Source: an uncultured Alphaproteobacteria bacterium (GTDB lineage: Bacteria > Pseudomonadota > Alphaproteobacteria > Geminicoccales > Geminicoccaceae). From it: a stretch of DNA of 64,000 nucleotides. The stretch covers positions 272,337-336,336 of the forward strand of contig CAVWRK010000008.1 of NCBI GenBank assembly GCA_963757395.1, written 5' to 3'. Shown one piece after another: positions 42,740 to 53,206 of this stretch. Made by a program: the position numbers and the translations under genes. The notes below the pieces were generated by a model. That model was not told the DNA's origin, searched no databases, and saw nothing but the letters and a program-made list of their open reading frames with translations. Every line of letters begins with the position of its first letter. The first letter of the stretch is position 1.

Positions 42740-44755
42740 ATGAAAATCGTCACCGAGTTTCCGCGCCGGGTGCGCGAGATCGAGAATGCCTGGATCACGC
42801 TTGCGGACGGCTGTCGGCTCGCGGCGCGGATCTGGCTGCCCGAGGATGCGGGGCAAGACCCCGTGCCGGCGATCCTCGAGTATCTGCCCTACCGGAAGCG
42901 CGATGGCACGGTCGAGCGGGACGAGCTGACGCATCCGTATGTTGCCGGCCATGGCTATGCCTGTGTGCGGGTCGACATGCGCGGCAATGGCGATTCCGAC
43001 GGGCTGATGGCGGACGAGTACACCCGGCAGGAGCAGGACGACGCGCTCGAGGTGATCGCATGGCTGGCCGCGCAGCCCTGGTGCACGGGTGCTGTCGGCA
43101 TGATCGGGATCAGCTGGGGCGGCTTCAACGGGCTCCAGGTCGCAGCCCGCCGCCCGCCGGCTCTGAAGGCGATCATCACGCTCTGCTCGACCGACGACCG
43201 CTACGCCGACGACATCCACTACATGGGCGGCTGCCTCTTGACCGATAACCTCGCCTGGGCGTCGGTCATGTTCGCCTATTCCTCGCGGCCGCCCGATCCC
43301 GCCCTGGTCGGCGAGCGCTGGCGTGCGATGTGGCTCGAGCGCCTCGAGAATACCCCGCTCCTGATCGACAACTGGCTGCAGCACCAGCGCCGCGATGCCT
43401 TCTGGCAACACGGCTCGGTCTGCGAGAATTTCTCGGACATTCAATGCGCCGTGTACGCGGTCGGCGGCTGGGCCGACGGCTACTCCAACGCCATTCCTCG
43501 GCTTCTTGCCGGTCTGGCTTGTCCCAAAAAAGGGCTGATCGGCCCCTGGGCGCACAAATATCCGCATTTCGCGTTGCCCGGCCCGCAGATCGGTTTTCTC
43601 CAGGAAGCGCTCCGCTGGTGGGACCAGTGGCTGAAGGGCATCGAGACCGGCGTCATGGCCGAGCCCGTATACCGGGTCTGGATGCCAAAGAGCGTGCCGC
43701 CCCGGGTCCACTACAGCTGGCGCCCGGGCCGCTGGGTCGCCGAGCCCGCCTGGCCTTCTCCCGACATTGGCGAGCGCCGCCTTTTCCTCAACCCCGGCCG
43801 CCTGGAGGAGCAGGACGCGGCCGAGGCTCCGCTCGAGATCCACTCGCCCCAATGGCTGGGCTTCAGCGCCGGCGAATGGTGCGCCCACGGCCTGACCAAC
43901 GATCTGCCCGCGGACCAGCAGTTCGACGATGGCGCTGCCGCCTGCTTCGAGACCGGACCGCTTCTTGAGGGTCTCGAGATCCTGGGCGCACCGGTCGCTT
44001 GCCTCGAGCTCGGCGCCGATCGGCCGAATGCCTTCGTGGTCGCCCGGCTCTCCGACGTCGGCCGCGACGGCGAGGCGACGCTCGTCACCTACGGCGTTCT
44101 CAACCTCACCCATCGCGAGAGCCATCAGCACCCCGAGCCGCTCGACCCCGGGCGCCGCTACGCTTTGCGGGTCCAGCTCAACGACGTCGCGCACGCCTTC
44201 CCCGCCGGCCATCGCATCCGGCTTGCCCTCTCCAATGCCTACTGGCCGACCATCTGGCCATCGCCCGAGCCGGTCACGCTCACGCTCATGACCGGCGTGA
44301 GCTCGCTGTCGTTGCCCGTCCGAACGCCACGCGCCCTCGACGGGGAGCTGAGACCCTTTCCGGAGCCCGAGGCGGCAGCGCCCTGGCGGCGGACCATGCT
44401 GGTTCCAGGACGGAGCGAGCGTAAGGTCGAGCGCGATCCGCAGCAGCGCCTGACCACCACGACCGTGACCAGCGACGAGGGCGTCTACCGGCTGGACGCG
44501 ATCGACCTCGAGGTCGGCCAGTCCTCGGTCCAGCGCTACAGCATCCAGGACGACGACCCGACCTCGGCCCGGGTCGAGATCGCCTGGACGGTGACCCGAA
44601 GGCGCGCCGACTGGCGGATCCGCACGGAGACCCGGACCGTCATGAGCTGCACCAGAGATGCCTTCGAGATCGCCGCGACCATAGAGGCGTTCGAGGGCGA
44701 GCGCCGCGTCTTCTCGCGCACCTTCGACCGTCAGATCCCACGCGATCTGGTCTGA
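42740..44755 (+). CDS. CocE/NonD family hydrolase (S15 X-Pro dipeptidyl-peptidase-like)
   Basis: 671 aa; PAILEYLPYRKRDGT, nucleophile elbow GISWGGF, large C-terminal beta-sandwich domain. Confidence 0.85.
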   Translation: MKIVTEFPRRVREIENAWITLADGCRLAARIWLPEDAGQDPVPAILEYLPYRKRDGTVERDELTHPYVAGHGYACVRVDMRGNGDSDGLMADEYTRQEQDDALEVIAWLAAQPWCTGAVGMIGISWGGFNGLQVAARRPPALKAIITLCSTDDRYADDIHYMGGCLLTDNLAWASVMFAYSSRPPDPALVGERWRAMWLERLENTPLLIDNWLQHQRRDAFWQHGSVCENFSDIQCAVYAVGGWADGYSNAIPRLLAGLACPKKGLIGPWAHKYPHFALPGPQIGFLQEALRWWDQWLKGIETGVMAEPVYRVWMPKSVPPRVHYSWRPGRWVAEPAWPSPDIGERRLFLNPGRLEEQDAAEAPLEIHSPQWLGFSAGEWCAHGLTNDLPADQQFDDGAAACFETGPLLEGLEILGAPVACLELGADRPNAFVVARLSDVGRDGEATLVTYGVLNLTHRESHQHPEPLDPGRRYALRVQLNDVAHAFPAGHRIRLALSNAYWPTIWPSPEPVTLTLMTGVSSLSLPVRTPRALDGELRPFPEPEAAAPWRRTMLVPGRSERKVERDPQQRLTTTTVTSDEGVYRLDAIDLEVGQSSVQRYSIQDDDPTSARVEIAWTVTRRRADWRIRTETRTVMSCTRDAFEIAATIEAFEGERRVFSRTFDRQIPRDLV

Positions 44756-44785
44756 CCGGACGCGCGGTGCGCCGGATCGGCTCCC

Positions 44786-47056
44786 TCAGCTTGCGTGCGC
44801 GAGGACGCCCGCCACGCGGCCGGCGCTACGGCTGAGCCAGCCCGGCACGGCGGTCGCGAGCAGCGGCCGGGCGAACAGATAGCCCTGCCCGAGGTCGCAG
44901 CCATGCAGGCGCAGGAAGTCGAGCTGCGCCTCGGTCTCGATGCCCTCGGCGACGATCTCTTTGCCGAGACTGTGCCCGAGGTTGATCACCGCCCGCACGA
45001 TCGCCGCATCGTCGGGGTCGACGCCGATGCCCTGAACGAACGTCTGGTCGATCTTCAGCTGGTCGACCGGGAACTGCTTCAGATGGGTCAGCGAGGCGTA
45101 GCCGGTGCCGAAGTCGTCGAGGGCGACCGTGACGCCCAGGCGGTGGAGTTGCGCGAGCGAGCGGCTGACGCGCTCGGCCTTGTGCCCGAGCAGGACGCGC
45201 TCCGTGACCTCGACCCCGAGGTGATGGCACCCGAGGCCGCTATCGTCGAAGATCGCCTTGATGGCCGCGGTCAGATCGCCGCGCTCGAACTGCGCCGCCG
45301 CCAGGTTGAGCGCGATCCGCCCGGGCGCGAAGCCGGCGTCGAGCCAGGCGCCCAAATGGGCGGCGGCGCGTCGCACGACGAACTCGCCGATCGGCACGAT
45401 CAGGCCGGTCTCCTCGGCGATCGGCAACACCTCCGCGATCGAGCGCAGCTCGCGGCCGCGGCGCCAGCGCAAGAGCGCCTCGAAACCCTCGACGCCGCCG
45501 CCGGCGAGGCGCACGATCGGCTGATAGACCAGCTCGAGTCGATCGTTGGCGACGGCCTGGCGCAGCTCGTCCTCGAGAAGCCGCCGGCGTTCGATCTGCG
45601 TCTTCATCGAGCTCTGGAAGAAGCAATAGGTGCCGCGGCCCTCCGCTTTGGCGCGGTAGAGCGCGATGTCGGCGTTCTTGAGCAGCGGTTGCGGCTCGAC
45701 GTCGTCGCTCGGGAAGATCGTGATGCCGACGCTGGTCCGGGCGTGGATCTCGTGTTCGCCGTGGCGGATCGGCTCGGCCACGGCAGCGATGATCTTCTGG
45801 GCGACGCCCCCGGCCCGGCTCGCCCGGTCGAGCCCGACCAGGATGATCGCGAACTCGTCACCGCCCAGGCGCGCGACCGTATCGCTCGCGCGGACGCAGC
45901 GCCGGAGCCGATGTCCGACTTCGCGCAGCAGAGCGTCGCCGGCGTCGTGGCCGAGGCTGTCGTTGACGTCCTTGAAGTGGTCGAGGTCGAGCAGCATCAG
46001 CCCGATCCGCTCGTCCGTCCGGCGGGCGCGGGCGAGAGCGTTGTCGAGCCGGTCGTTGAACAGGGCCCGGTTGGGCAGGCCGGTCAGGTTGTCGTGGTGC
46101 GCCAGATACTGGATGCGCCGCTCGGCATTGCGCCGCTCGGTAATGTCCTGACAGACCCCGAACACCGCGACGACCTTGCCGTGGTCGTCGAGCTCGCAGC
46201 GCGCCTCGGACCAGAAATGGCGCTCGCTGCCGTCTGCGCCCAGCTGCCGGAACTCGACCGATACGGTCGCCCGATCCAGCACGGCTTGCTGGAATCGCGC
46301 CCGAACGCTCTCCCGGTCGTCGGCGTGGACGAGGTCCAAAACGGCCTCGAAGCTCGGCTCGAAGGTCGCCGCGTCGAGCCCGAAGATGCGGAACATCCCG
46401 GGTGACCAGGTGACCGACTGGGTGCCGACCAGCCAGCGCCAGTCGCCGAGATGGGCGAGCCGCTGGGCCTCCTTCAGCTGCCGCTTGCGGACCAGGAGCG
46501 CCGCCTCGGCGCGCTCGCGCTCGGCGATCTCGGCGAGCGCCCGATGTCCGGCCCGCTGCAGCTCGAGTTGCACGACGACCAGCTGGGCGAGATCCGCGAG
46601 CAGCGCCCCATCCTCGGGGGTGAGCTCGCGTGGCTTGTGATCGATGGCGCAGAGCGTACCGAGATTGTGGCCGTCCGGGGTGCGCAACGGCGCGCCGGCA
46701 TAGAAACGGGTCTTGGCCGGGCCGATGACCAGCGGATTGTGGGCGAAGCGCGGATCGCGGGTCGCGTCCGGCACGACCATCACCTGATCGCCGAGGATGG
46801 TGTGGCCGCAGAAGGAGACCTCGCGCGAGGTCTGTTGGGCCTCGACCCCGATCCGGGATTTGAACCACTGGCGCTCGGCGCCGACGAACGAGATCGTGGC
46901 CGCGGGCACGCCGATGATCCGCGCGGCGAGCCGCAGGATGCGGTCGAAGTTCTCCTCGGGCGGGGTGTCGAGGATCGCGTAGCGTTCGAGGGCGTCGAGG
47001 CGCTCCGCCTCGTCGGGCGGGCGGCCCGGCGGCGTATAGCCGAGCGCGGTGGTCAT
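44786..47056 (-). CDS. GAF-PAS-GGDEF-EAL c-di-GMP signalling protein
   Basis: 756 aa; GAF-like N-terminus, PAS segment, RLGGDEFAI (GGDEF), EALLRW and DDFGTGYASL (EAL) motifs. Confidence 0.9.
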   Translation of the reverse strand: MTTALGYTPPGRPPDEAERLDALERYAILDTPPEENFDRILRLAARIIGVPAATISFVGAERQWFKSRIGVEAQQTSREVSFCGHTILGDQVMVVPDATRDPRFAHNPLVIGPAKTRFYAGAPLRTPDGHNLGTLCAIDHKPRELTPEDGALLADLAQLVVVQLELQRAGHRALAEIAERERAEAALLVRKRQLKEAQRLAHLGDWRWLVGTQSVTWSPGMFRIFGLDAATFEPSFEAVLDLVHADDRESVRARFQQAVLDRATVSVEFRQLGADGSERHFWSEARCELDDHGKVVAVFGVCQDITERRNAERRIQYLAHHDNLTGLPNRALFNDRLDNALARARRTDERIGLMLLDLDHFKDVNDSLGHDAGDALLREVGHRLRRCVRASDTVARLGGDEFAIILVGLDRASRAGGVAQKIIAAVAEPIRHGEHEIHARTSVGITIFPSDDVEPQPLLKNADIALYRAKAEGRGTYCFFQSSMKTQIERRRLLEDELRQAVANDRLELVYQPIVRLAGGGVEGFEALLRWRRGRELRSIAEVLPIAEETGLIVPIGEFVVRRAAAHLGAWLDAGFAPGRIALNLAAAQFERGDLTAAIKAIFDDSGLGCHHLGVEVTERVLLGHKAERVSRSLAQLHRLGVTVALDDFGTGYASLTHLKQFPVDQLKIDQTFVQGIGVDPDDAAIVRAVINLGHSLGKEIVAEGIETEAQLDFLRLHGCDLGQGYLFARPLLATAVPGWLSRSAGRVAGVLAHAS

Positions 47057-47220
47057 GCCCGAAATTGTGCGCCGGTACTGTTAACAAAGCGCGATCAAAC
47101 CACCGCTGCCGGTGGCCAAATCGACTCGCCTGAGCGGCGCAATCTGGCCTAACATTGCGGTCAAGCAACGAACGTCCGCGCCGGGAGACGTGCCCGGGCG
47201 GCAGATCAGGAGGCATCGGC

Positions 47221-48786
47221 ATGCACTGGTATCGTCTGACCCGACGCGAGGTCCTGAAGGCGACCGCGGCTCTCGGCCTTGCGGCCAGCGCACGGCCGCG
47301 CGTCAGCCTGGCGCAATCGGGCGACGGCCTGCTCCGGGTGCGCTCCTATTCCGACCTCCAGGTGCTCGATCCCGCGCATCGCAAGGCGCAGCCCGAAGGC
47401 GACATCCTGCGCTGCCTCCACACCAAGCTGATCGATTACCAGACCGGTGACGTCTGGGGCTGGCGCAAGACCGGGGCGGCGGCGATCGAGCAGGTCGACC
47501 CGACCCACGTCAAGTTCACGCTCCGCCCCGGCATCATGTTCACCAACGGCTTCGGCGAGATGACCGCCGACGACGTCAAGTTCAGCTACGAGCGGATCGC
47601 CGACCCCGCCGAGCAGTCGGAATACGCCGACGACTTCGCCCAGCTCGACCACATCGAGGTCGTCGACAAGTATTCGGGGGTGATCGTGTTGAAACAACCG
47701 TTCGCGCCGCTCTGGACCAGCTCGCTGCCGGCGGGCTCCGGCAGCATCGTCAGCCGGGCGGCGGTCGAGAAGGCGGGCGGCCGCTACACCACCGAGCCGC
47801 CGGCGACCGCCGGCCCGTACATGATCAAGGAGTGGCAGCCCAAGCAGAAGCTGACCCTGGTGCGCGACCCCGACTGGAACGGCGAGCCCGGCGGCTTCGC
47901 GGAAATCCAGATCTTCCCGATCGAGGACGAGAAGGCGGCCGAGATCGCGTTCGAGGCGGGCGAGCTCGACTACACCGCGATCAGCGTCAGCTCGATCCCG
48001 ACCTACGAGGCCAATCCGCCGGCCGGCGCCAAAGTCCTGCGCAAGCCGTCGCTGGCCTACGTCTGGCTCGGCATGAACGTCGACGCGCCGCCCTTCGACG
48101 ACCTCCGCGTGCGCCAGGCGGTGCAGCGCGCGGTCGACGTCGACGCGGTGCTGGAAGCCGCCTATTTCGGCGTCGCCGACCGCGCGACCGGGATCGTCGC
48201 ACCCGGTCTCATCGGGTATCGGAAAAAACTCCTGAACGATCCCGCCCCCGACCTCGAGGCGGCCAAGGCGCTGCTCACCGAGGCGGGCTACCCGAACGGC
48301 TTCAGCTGCACCCTCGACATCCTGAACAAGACCGAGCGCCTGTCGGCTGCCCAGGTGATCCAGGCGAACCTCGCCGAGGTCGGCATCAAAGTCGAGATCA
48401 ACCAGCACGATTCCGGGACTTTCTGGGTGCTCGGCAGCGAGAAGGACGGCGATCAGTGGAAGAAGGTCCAACTGATCATCAACCGCTTCTCGATGCAGCC
48501 CGACCCGTCCTTCGCGACCGAATGGTTCACGCCCGAGCAGGTCGGCGTCTGGAACTGGGAACGCTTTTCGAACAAGGAGTTCGGCGAGCTCAACCAGAAA
48601 GCCATGATCACCACCGACCCCGCCGAGCGCGACCGCATGTACCAGCGCATGCAGGACCTGATGGAACAGTCCGGCGCCTATGTTTTCCTCACTCACGAAA
48701 CCAACGGCGTCATCTACCGCGACACGATCCTCCCCGCCCTCCTCCCCGACGCCAACGTCGTCCTGCCCGAGTTCCGCTCCGCGTGA
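47221..48786 (+). CDS. Family-5 (peptide/nickel-type) ABC substrate-binding protein
   Basis: AGGAGG SD; Tat-like signal MHWYRLTRREVLKATAALGLAAS; 521 aa. Confidence 0.85.
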   Translation: MHWYRLTRREVLKATAALGLAASARPRVSLAQSGDGLLRVRSYSDLQVLDPAHRKAQPEGDILRCLHTKLIDYQTGDVWGWRKTGAAAIEQVDPTHVKFTLRPGIMFTNGFGEMTADDVKFSYERIADPAEQSEYADDFAQLDHIEVVDKYSGVIVLKQPFAPLWTSSLPAGSGSIVSRAAVEKAGGRYTTEPPATAGPYMIKEWQPKQKLTLVRDPDWNGEPGGFAEIQIFPIEDEKAAEIAFEAGELDYTAISVSSIPTYEANPPAGAKVLRKPSLAYVWLGMNVDAPPFDDLRVRQAVQRAVDVDAVLEAAYFGVADRATGIVAPGLIGYRKKLLNDPAPDLEAAKALLTEAGYPNGFSCTLDILNKTERLSAAQVIQANLAEVGIKVEINQHDSGTFWVLGSEKDGDQWKKVQLIINRFSMQPDPSFATEWFTPEQVGVWNWERFSNKEFGELNQKAMITTDPAERDRMYQRMQDLMEQSGAYVFLTHETNGVIYRDTILPALLPDANVVLPEFRSA

Positions 48787-48826
48787 GCCGGCGGCTGGGA
48801 CCATCTCGAAAGGGCGGATCGGCTAC

Positions 48827-50396
48827 CTGAAGGCGCCTTCGATTCAGAGGCTCACGCGTCGGCGATGGCTGCAGGGCGCTTGTGTGCTGGGTGCGGCCGC
48901 GGTTCTGCGCTCGCCTGGCGCCACAGCAGAGCCGCGCGTGCTGCGGGTGCGGGCGTCGGCCGATCTGCAGGTGCTCGACCCGGCGCACCGGAAGGGCCAG
49001 CCCGAGGGCGACATCCTGCGCTGTCTTTTCCCGAGATTGATCGAATATCGGACGGGCGATCAATGGGGCTGGCGCCTCGGCGCGGCCCAGATGATCGAGC
49101 AGGTTGATCCGACCCACGTCAGGTTCACGCTTCGCCCCGAGATCATGTTTACGGACGGCTTCGGGGAGCTGACCGCGGACGACGTCAGGTTCAGCTACGA
49201 GCGGATCGCCGACCCGGCGCAGGCGTCGGAATATCGCGACGACTTCGCAGCACTCGACCACGTCGAGGTCGTGGACAAGTATTCGGGCGTCATCGTGCTC
49301 AGAGAACCGTTCGCGCCGCTCTGGACCAGCACGCTGCCGTCGGCCTCGGGCTGCATCGTGAGCCGCAAGGCGGTCGAACAGGCGGGCGGGAGGTTCACGA
49401 CCCGGCCGCCGGCAACCGCGGGTCCTTACCTGATCGAGGACTGGCAGCCGAAACAGCGGCTCACGCTCGTTCGCAACCCGGACTGGCAGGGCGCCGCCGC
49501 CGAGTTCGAGAAAATCCGGATACTCCCGATCGAGGACGAGAAGGCGGCCGAGATCGCGTTCGAGGCGGGCGAGCTCGATTACACCGCGATCAGCGTCAGC
49601 TCGATCCCATCTTATCGGACGACGCCACCCATCGGCGTCCGCTTGGTGGAAAAGCCGTCGCTCGACTACGTCTGGCTCGGGATGAACACCGAGGCGCCGC
49701 CATTCAACGACATCCGGGTGCGGCGCGCGGTGCAGCGGGCGGTCGACGTCGATGCGGTTTTGGAGGCGGCCTATTTCGGGGTCGCGACCCGGGCGACCGG
49801 GATCATAGCCCCCGGGCTGATCGGCCATCGCGAGAAGCTCCTGGGCGATCCGCGCCCGGACCCCGAGGCCGCGAAGGCACTGCTCGCGCAGGCGGGATTA
49901 GCGGGCGGCTTTGCCTGCACCCTCGACATCGAGGCCAAGACCGAACGGTTGCTCGCCGCTCAGGTGATCCAGGCCAACCTCGCCGAAGTCGGGATCACCG
50001 TGGAAATCAACCAGCACGATTTCGGGCACCTTCTGGTCGCTCGGCAGCGAGGCCGACGGCGACCAGTGGAAAAAAATCCAGCTGATCCTACAGAAATACG
50101 GCATGCAGCCCGACCCCTCGTTCGCCACCGCCTGGTTCACGCCCGAGCAGGTCGGCATCTGGAACTGGGAGCGTTTTTCGAACCAGGAGTTCGGCGCGCT
50201 GCACAAAGCAGCGATGATCGAGACCGATCCGGCGGCGCGCGACCGGATGTACCGGCGCATGCAGGACCTGATGGAGGGGTCCGGCGCCTACCTCTTTCTC
50301 ACGCATGAGGTCAACGCGGCGATCTACCGGGATTCCGTCGTGCCGGCCCTGCTGCCGGACGCGACCCCAATCCTGCCCGAGTTCCGCCCGGCCTGA
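48827..50396 (+). pseudogene. Family-5 ABC substrate-binding protein, tandem paralog, frame-disrupted near 50024-50028; start codon unclear
   Basis: ...RLTRRRWLQGACVLGAAAVL signal, collinear with the upstream paralog. After EINQHDFG the reading TFWSLGSEADGDQWKKIQLILQKYGMQPDPSF... continues in the +1 frame to 50396. There is no ATG/GTG/TTG between the previous stop and the RRR motif; CTG 48827 is the only candidate. Confidence 0.75.
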
Positions 50397-50406
50397 CGTG
50401 GGAAAA

Positions 50407-50481
50407 TGGAGCGGGCGAAGGGATTCGAACCCTCGACCCCAACCTTGGCAAGGTTGTGCTCTACCCCTGAGCTACGCCCGC
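50407..50481 (-). tRNA. tRNA-Gly (anticodon GCC), CCA encoded
   Basis: Reverse complement GCGGGCGTAGCTCAGGGGTAGAGCACAACCTTGCCAAGGTTGGGGTCGAGGGTTCGAATCCCTTCGCCCGCTCCA folds by hand into a cloverleaf: 7-bp acceptor, GCTC/GAGC D stem, CAACC/GGTTG anticodon stem with loop TTGCCAA, TTCGAAT T-loop. Confidence 0.92.
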
Positions 50482-50689
50482 GCGGACCGCGCTTCGCGAC
50501 CCTCTCCGAGAGCCGCTACATAGGGGAAGCGCCTGGCCTTGGCAAGCGCTACGGCGGCACGACCGGAGAGGTGCGCTCGGGCCGCCCGCCGGTCGCCAGC
50601 CCGGCGCCGCCCTTGATCGGCGGGGCGGCTTTAGCCATGTTAGTGCCAGCGCCGCCAACGATCGGTCGCGAGGGCGTGAAGGGATCGCT

Positions 50690-51612
50690 ATGGCTCTGTT
50701 GTCGGGATTGCGGGGGGCGCGCGCACAGCCGAGCGCCGAGGCGGAGCTGGTCAAGGACAGCGACACCCGGAGCTTCATGGCCGACGTCATCCAGGAGTCG
50801 CGCACCCAGCCGGTGATCGTCGACTTCTGGGCGCCCTGGTGCGGGCCCTGCAAGCAGCTCGGGCCGATCCTCGAGCGCGTGGTCAGGAACGCGGGCGGCA
50901 AGGTCAAGCTGGTCAAGGTCGACATCGACCAGAGCCCCGAGCTCGCGCAGCAGCTGCGCATCCAGTCGATCCCGATGGTCTACGCGTTCAGCCAGGGCCA
51001 GCCGGTCGACGGCTTCGCCGGCGCCTTGCCCGAGAGCCAGATCAAGGCCTTCGTCGAGCGCCTGACGGGCCCGCTCGCGCCGGCGCCGGAGGAGGTCGCG
51101 ATCGAGCAGGCCAAGCAGTTGGCCGAGGCGGGCCAGCTCGACCGGGCGGCCAAGGTCTACGAGCGCCTGCTCGACGCCGAGCCCGACAATCCCGGAGGTG
51201 CTGGCCGGGCTCGCGCGCTGCCGGATCGGCCAGGGCCGGCTCGGCGCCGCCCGCGAGCTGCTCGAGCAGGTCCCGAAGGAGCACGCCAACCACGTCGAGG
51301 TCGACGGCGCCCGCGCCGCGCTCAGCCTCGCCGAGGAAGCCGGCGACGCTGCCCGATCCGAAGGCGCTCGGCGCCAGGCTGCAGGCCAACGAGAACGATC
51401 ACGAGGCGCGCCTGGACCTCGCGACCGCCTTGTTCCTGCGCGGCCAGATCGACCCCGCGATCGAGCATCTGCTGACCATCATCAAGAAGGATCGCGACTG
51501 GCAGGATCAGGCGGCGCGCAAGCAGCTGGTCAAGTTCTTCGAGGCGCTGGGGCCCAAGCATCCCGCCACGATCGGCGGCCGGCGCCAGCTTTCGGCGGTG
51601 TTGTTCTCCTGA
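50690..51612 (+). pseudogene. Thioredoxin-domain plus TPR co-chaperone (YbbN/CnoX-like), two frame disruptions
   Basis: PVIVDFWAPWCGPCKQL thioredoxin motif. After ...LLDAEPDNP (about 51191-51198) it continues in the +1 frame as VLAGLARCRIGQGRLGAARELLEQVP...SLAEEAGDA. After about 51345-51360 it shifts +1 again: DPKALGARLQANENDHEARLDLATALFLRGQ...RRQLSAVLFS. Confidence 0.8.
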
Positions 51613-51645
51613 GGGCGCAACGGCACGGATGATCGCGGGCGAGGC

Positions 51646-52311
51646 GTGATGACGACCTCCGGCGAACTGGGTCTCAGCGGTGGCTTGCCGATCCGCTTCC
51701 CGATCTTCCCGCTGCCGGGCGCGATCCTCCTGCCGGGCGGCAATCTGCCGCTCAACATCTTCGAGCCGCGCTATCTGCAGATGACCCGGGACGCCATGCG
51801 CACCGACCGGGTCATCGGCATGATCCAGCCGACCGGCGGCGGGCGCCCGGACCAGCCCGACGTCTACCCGATCGGCTGCGTCGGCCGGATCACCAGCTTC
51901 GCCGAGACCGACGACGGCCGCTATCTGATCACGCTGACCGGCGTCTGCCGCTTCGAGCTGGTCGAGGAGCTCGCGGTCGGCACGCCCTATCGCCAGGTGG
52001 TCGCGAGCTTCGAGCGCTGGCAGTGCGACCTCGAGCCGCCGACGCCCTCCGACAGCCTGCGCCCGACCCTGGTCGGGGCGCTGCGCGGCTATTTCGAGGT
52101 CTGCGAGATCAGCGCCGACTGGGGCCAGATCGAGGCCGCACCGCTCGCCGGCCTGGTCACCTCGCTGGCGATGATCTGCCCGTTCGAGCCCTGCGAGAAG
52201 CAGGCGCTGCTGGAGGCGGCGGATCCGGAGCAGCGCGCCAAGGTCCTGATCGCGCTGCTGCAGATGGGCGCGCTCGGTGCCAAGGACCGGGCGGCAGGAC
52301 CCTGGCATTGA
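51646..52311 (+). CDS. LON substrate-binding (N-terminal) domain protein
   Basis: 221 aa; FPIFPLPGAILLPGGNLPLNIFEPRYLQMTRDAM is the signature start of LON-N domain proteins. Confidence 0.8.
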   Translation: MMTTSGELGLSGGLPIRFPIFPLPGAILLPGGNLPLNIFEPRYLQMTRDAMRTDRVIGMIQPTGGGRPDQPDVYPIGCVGRITSFAETDDGRYLITLTGVCRFELVEELAVGTPYRQVVASFERWQCDLEPPTPSDSLRPTLVGALRGYFEVCEISADWGQIEAAPLAGLVTSLAMICPFEPCEKQALLEAADPEQRAKVLIALLQMGALGAKDRAAGPWH

Positions 52312-52366
52312 CGTCGCGAGACGCCGCCGCCAGGGTCACCGGCGGTGACGGCATGAGGGAGACAAC

Positions 52367-52606
52367 ATGACGGCGGCGCCTGCGATCGATCCGAACCTGC
52401 TCGACCTCCTGGTCTGCCCGCTGACCAAGGGGCCGCTCCGCTATGACCGCGAGCGCCAGGAGCTGATCAGCGAGCAGGCCGGGCTCGCCTATCCGATCCG
52501 CGACGGCATCCCGATCATGCTGGTCGACGAGGCCCGGCCGCTCGACGACGACGACGCGATCCCGGACGCGGTCCGCGCCCGCCCCACGGCAGGGCACCGA
52601 TCGTGA
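52367..52606 (+). CDS. Trm112/YcaR (UPF0434) family protein
   Basis: 79 aa; [17 protein letters not shown]...[18 protein letters not shown]. Confidence 0.85.
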   Translation: MTAAPAIDPNLLDLLVCPLTKGPLRYDRERQELISEQAGLAYPIRDGIPIMLVDEARPLDDDDAIPDAVRARPTAGHRS

Positions 52607-53019
52607 GCGAGCCCCTGGCTCGCCAACCCGAAGCCCGGGAACCCGGGGCTCAGCCTCCGGGCCCGTCGCCATGGCCGACCGAGCTCCGGGTCAATCGCGC
52701 CGAGAAGCGGCTGATCGTGACCTTCGACGACGGCGCCAGCTTCGTGCTTCCGGCCGAGCTCCTACGGGTCGAAAGCCCGTCCGCCGAGGTCCAGGGCCAT
52801 GGCCCGAGCCAGAAGACGATCATCGCCGGCCGCCGCCATGTCGGGATCATGGAACTCGAGCCAGTCGGCAACTACGCGGTCCGAATCCTGTTCGACGACC
52901 TGCACTCGACCGGCATGTATTCCTGGCGTTATCTCCACTACCTCGGCAGGAATCAGGACAAGCTCTGGGCCAACTACCTCAAGGCCCTCGAGGAGCGCGG
53001 CCTGTCCCGCGACCCGTGA
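52603..53019 (+). CDS. DUF971 (gamma-butyrobetaine hydroxylase-like N-terminal domain) protein
   Basis: 138 aa, GTGA overlap with the previous gene; [18 protein letters not shown]...[23 protein letters not shown]. Confidence 0.8.
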   Translation: MSEPLARQPEAREPGAQPPGPSPWPTELRVNRAEKRLIVTFDDGASFVLPAELLRVESPSAEVQGHGPSQKTIIAGRRHVGIMELEPVGNYAVRILFDDLHSTGMYSWRYLHYLGRNQDKLWANYLKALEERGLSRDP

Positions 53020-53206
53020 CGACAGCTCCACAGTCGGCGGCCTGGCTGCCTTCGGGAAGATTCGAGGGGGCCCGGCAAGCTGTGCCGGAACCCGGTTGGG
53101 CAGAGCTTCAGGCGAGGAGCATCCAGCCGGTTCGCAAATGTGATCGAGCTGGCAGGTCTTCCGTGGACCGCGCCGCTTCCTGGACTCGGGAGGAGTCTTT
53201 GAGACG

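Noticed and set aside
50407-50690. tRNA-Gly as an integration site for a genomic island
   Set aside because: There is no integrase gene, no duplicated tRNA 3' end and no compositional shift next to the tRNA. The flanking genes are ordinary core-type genes.
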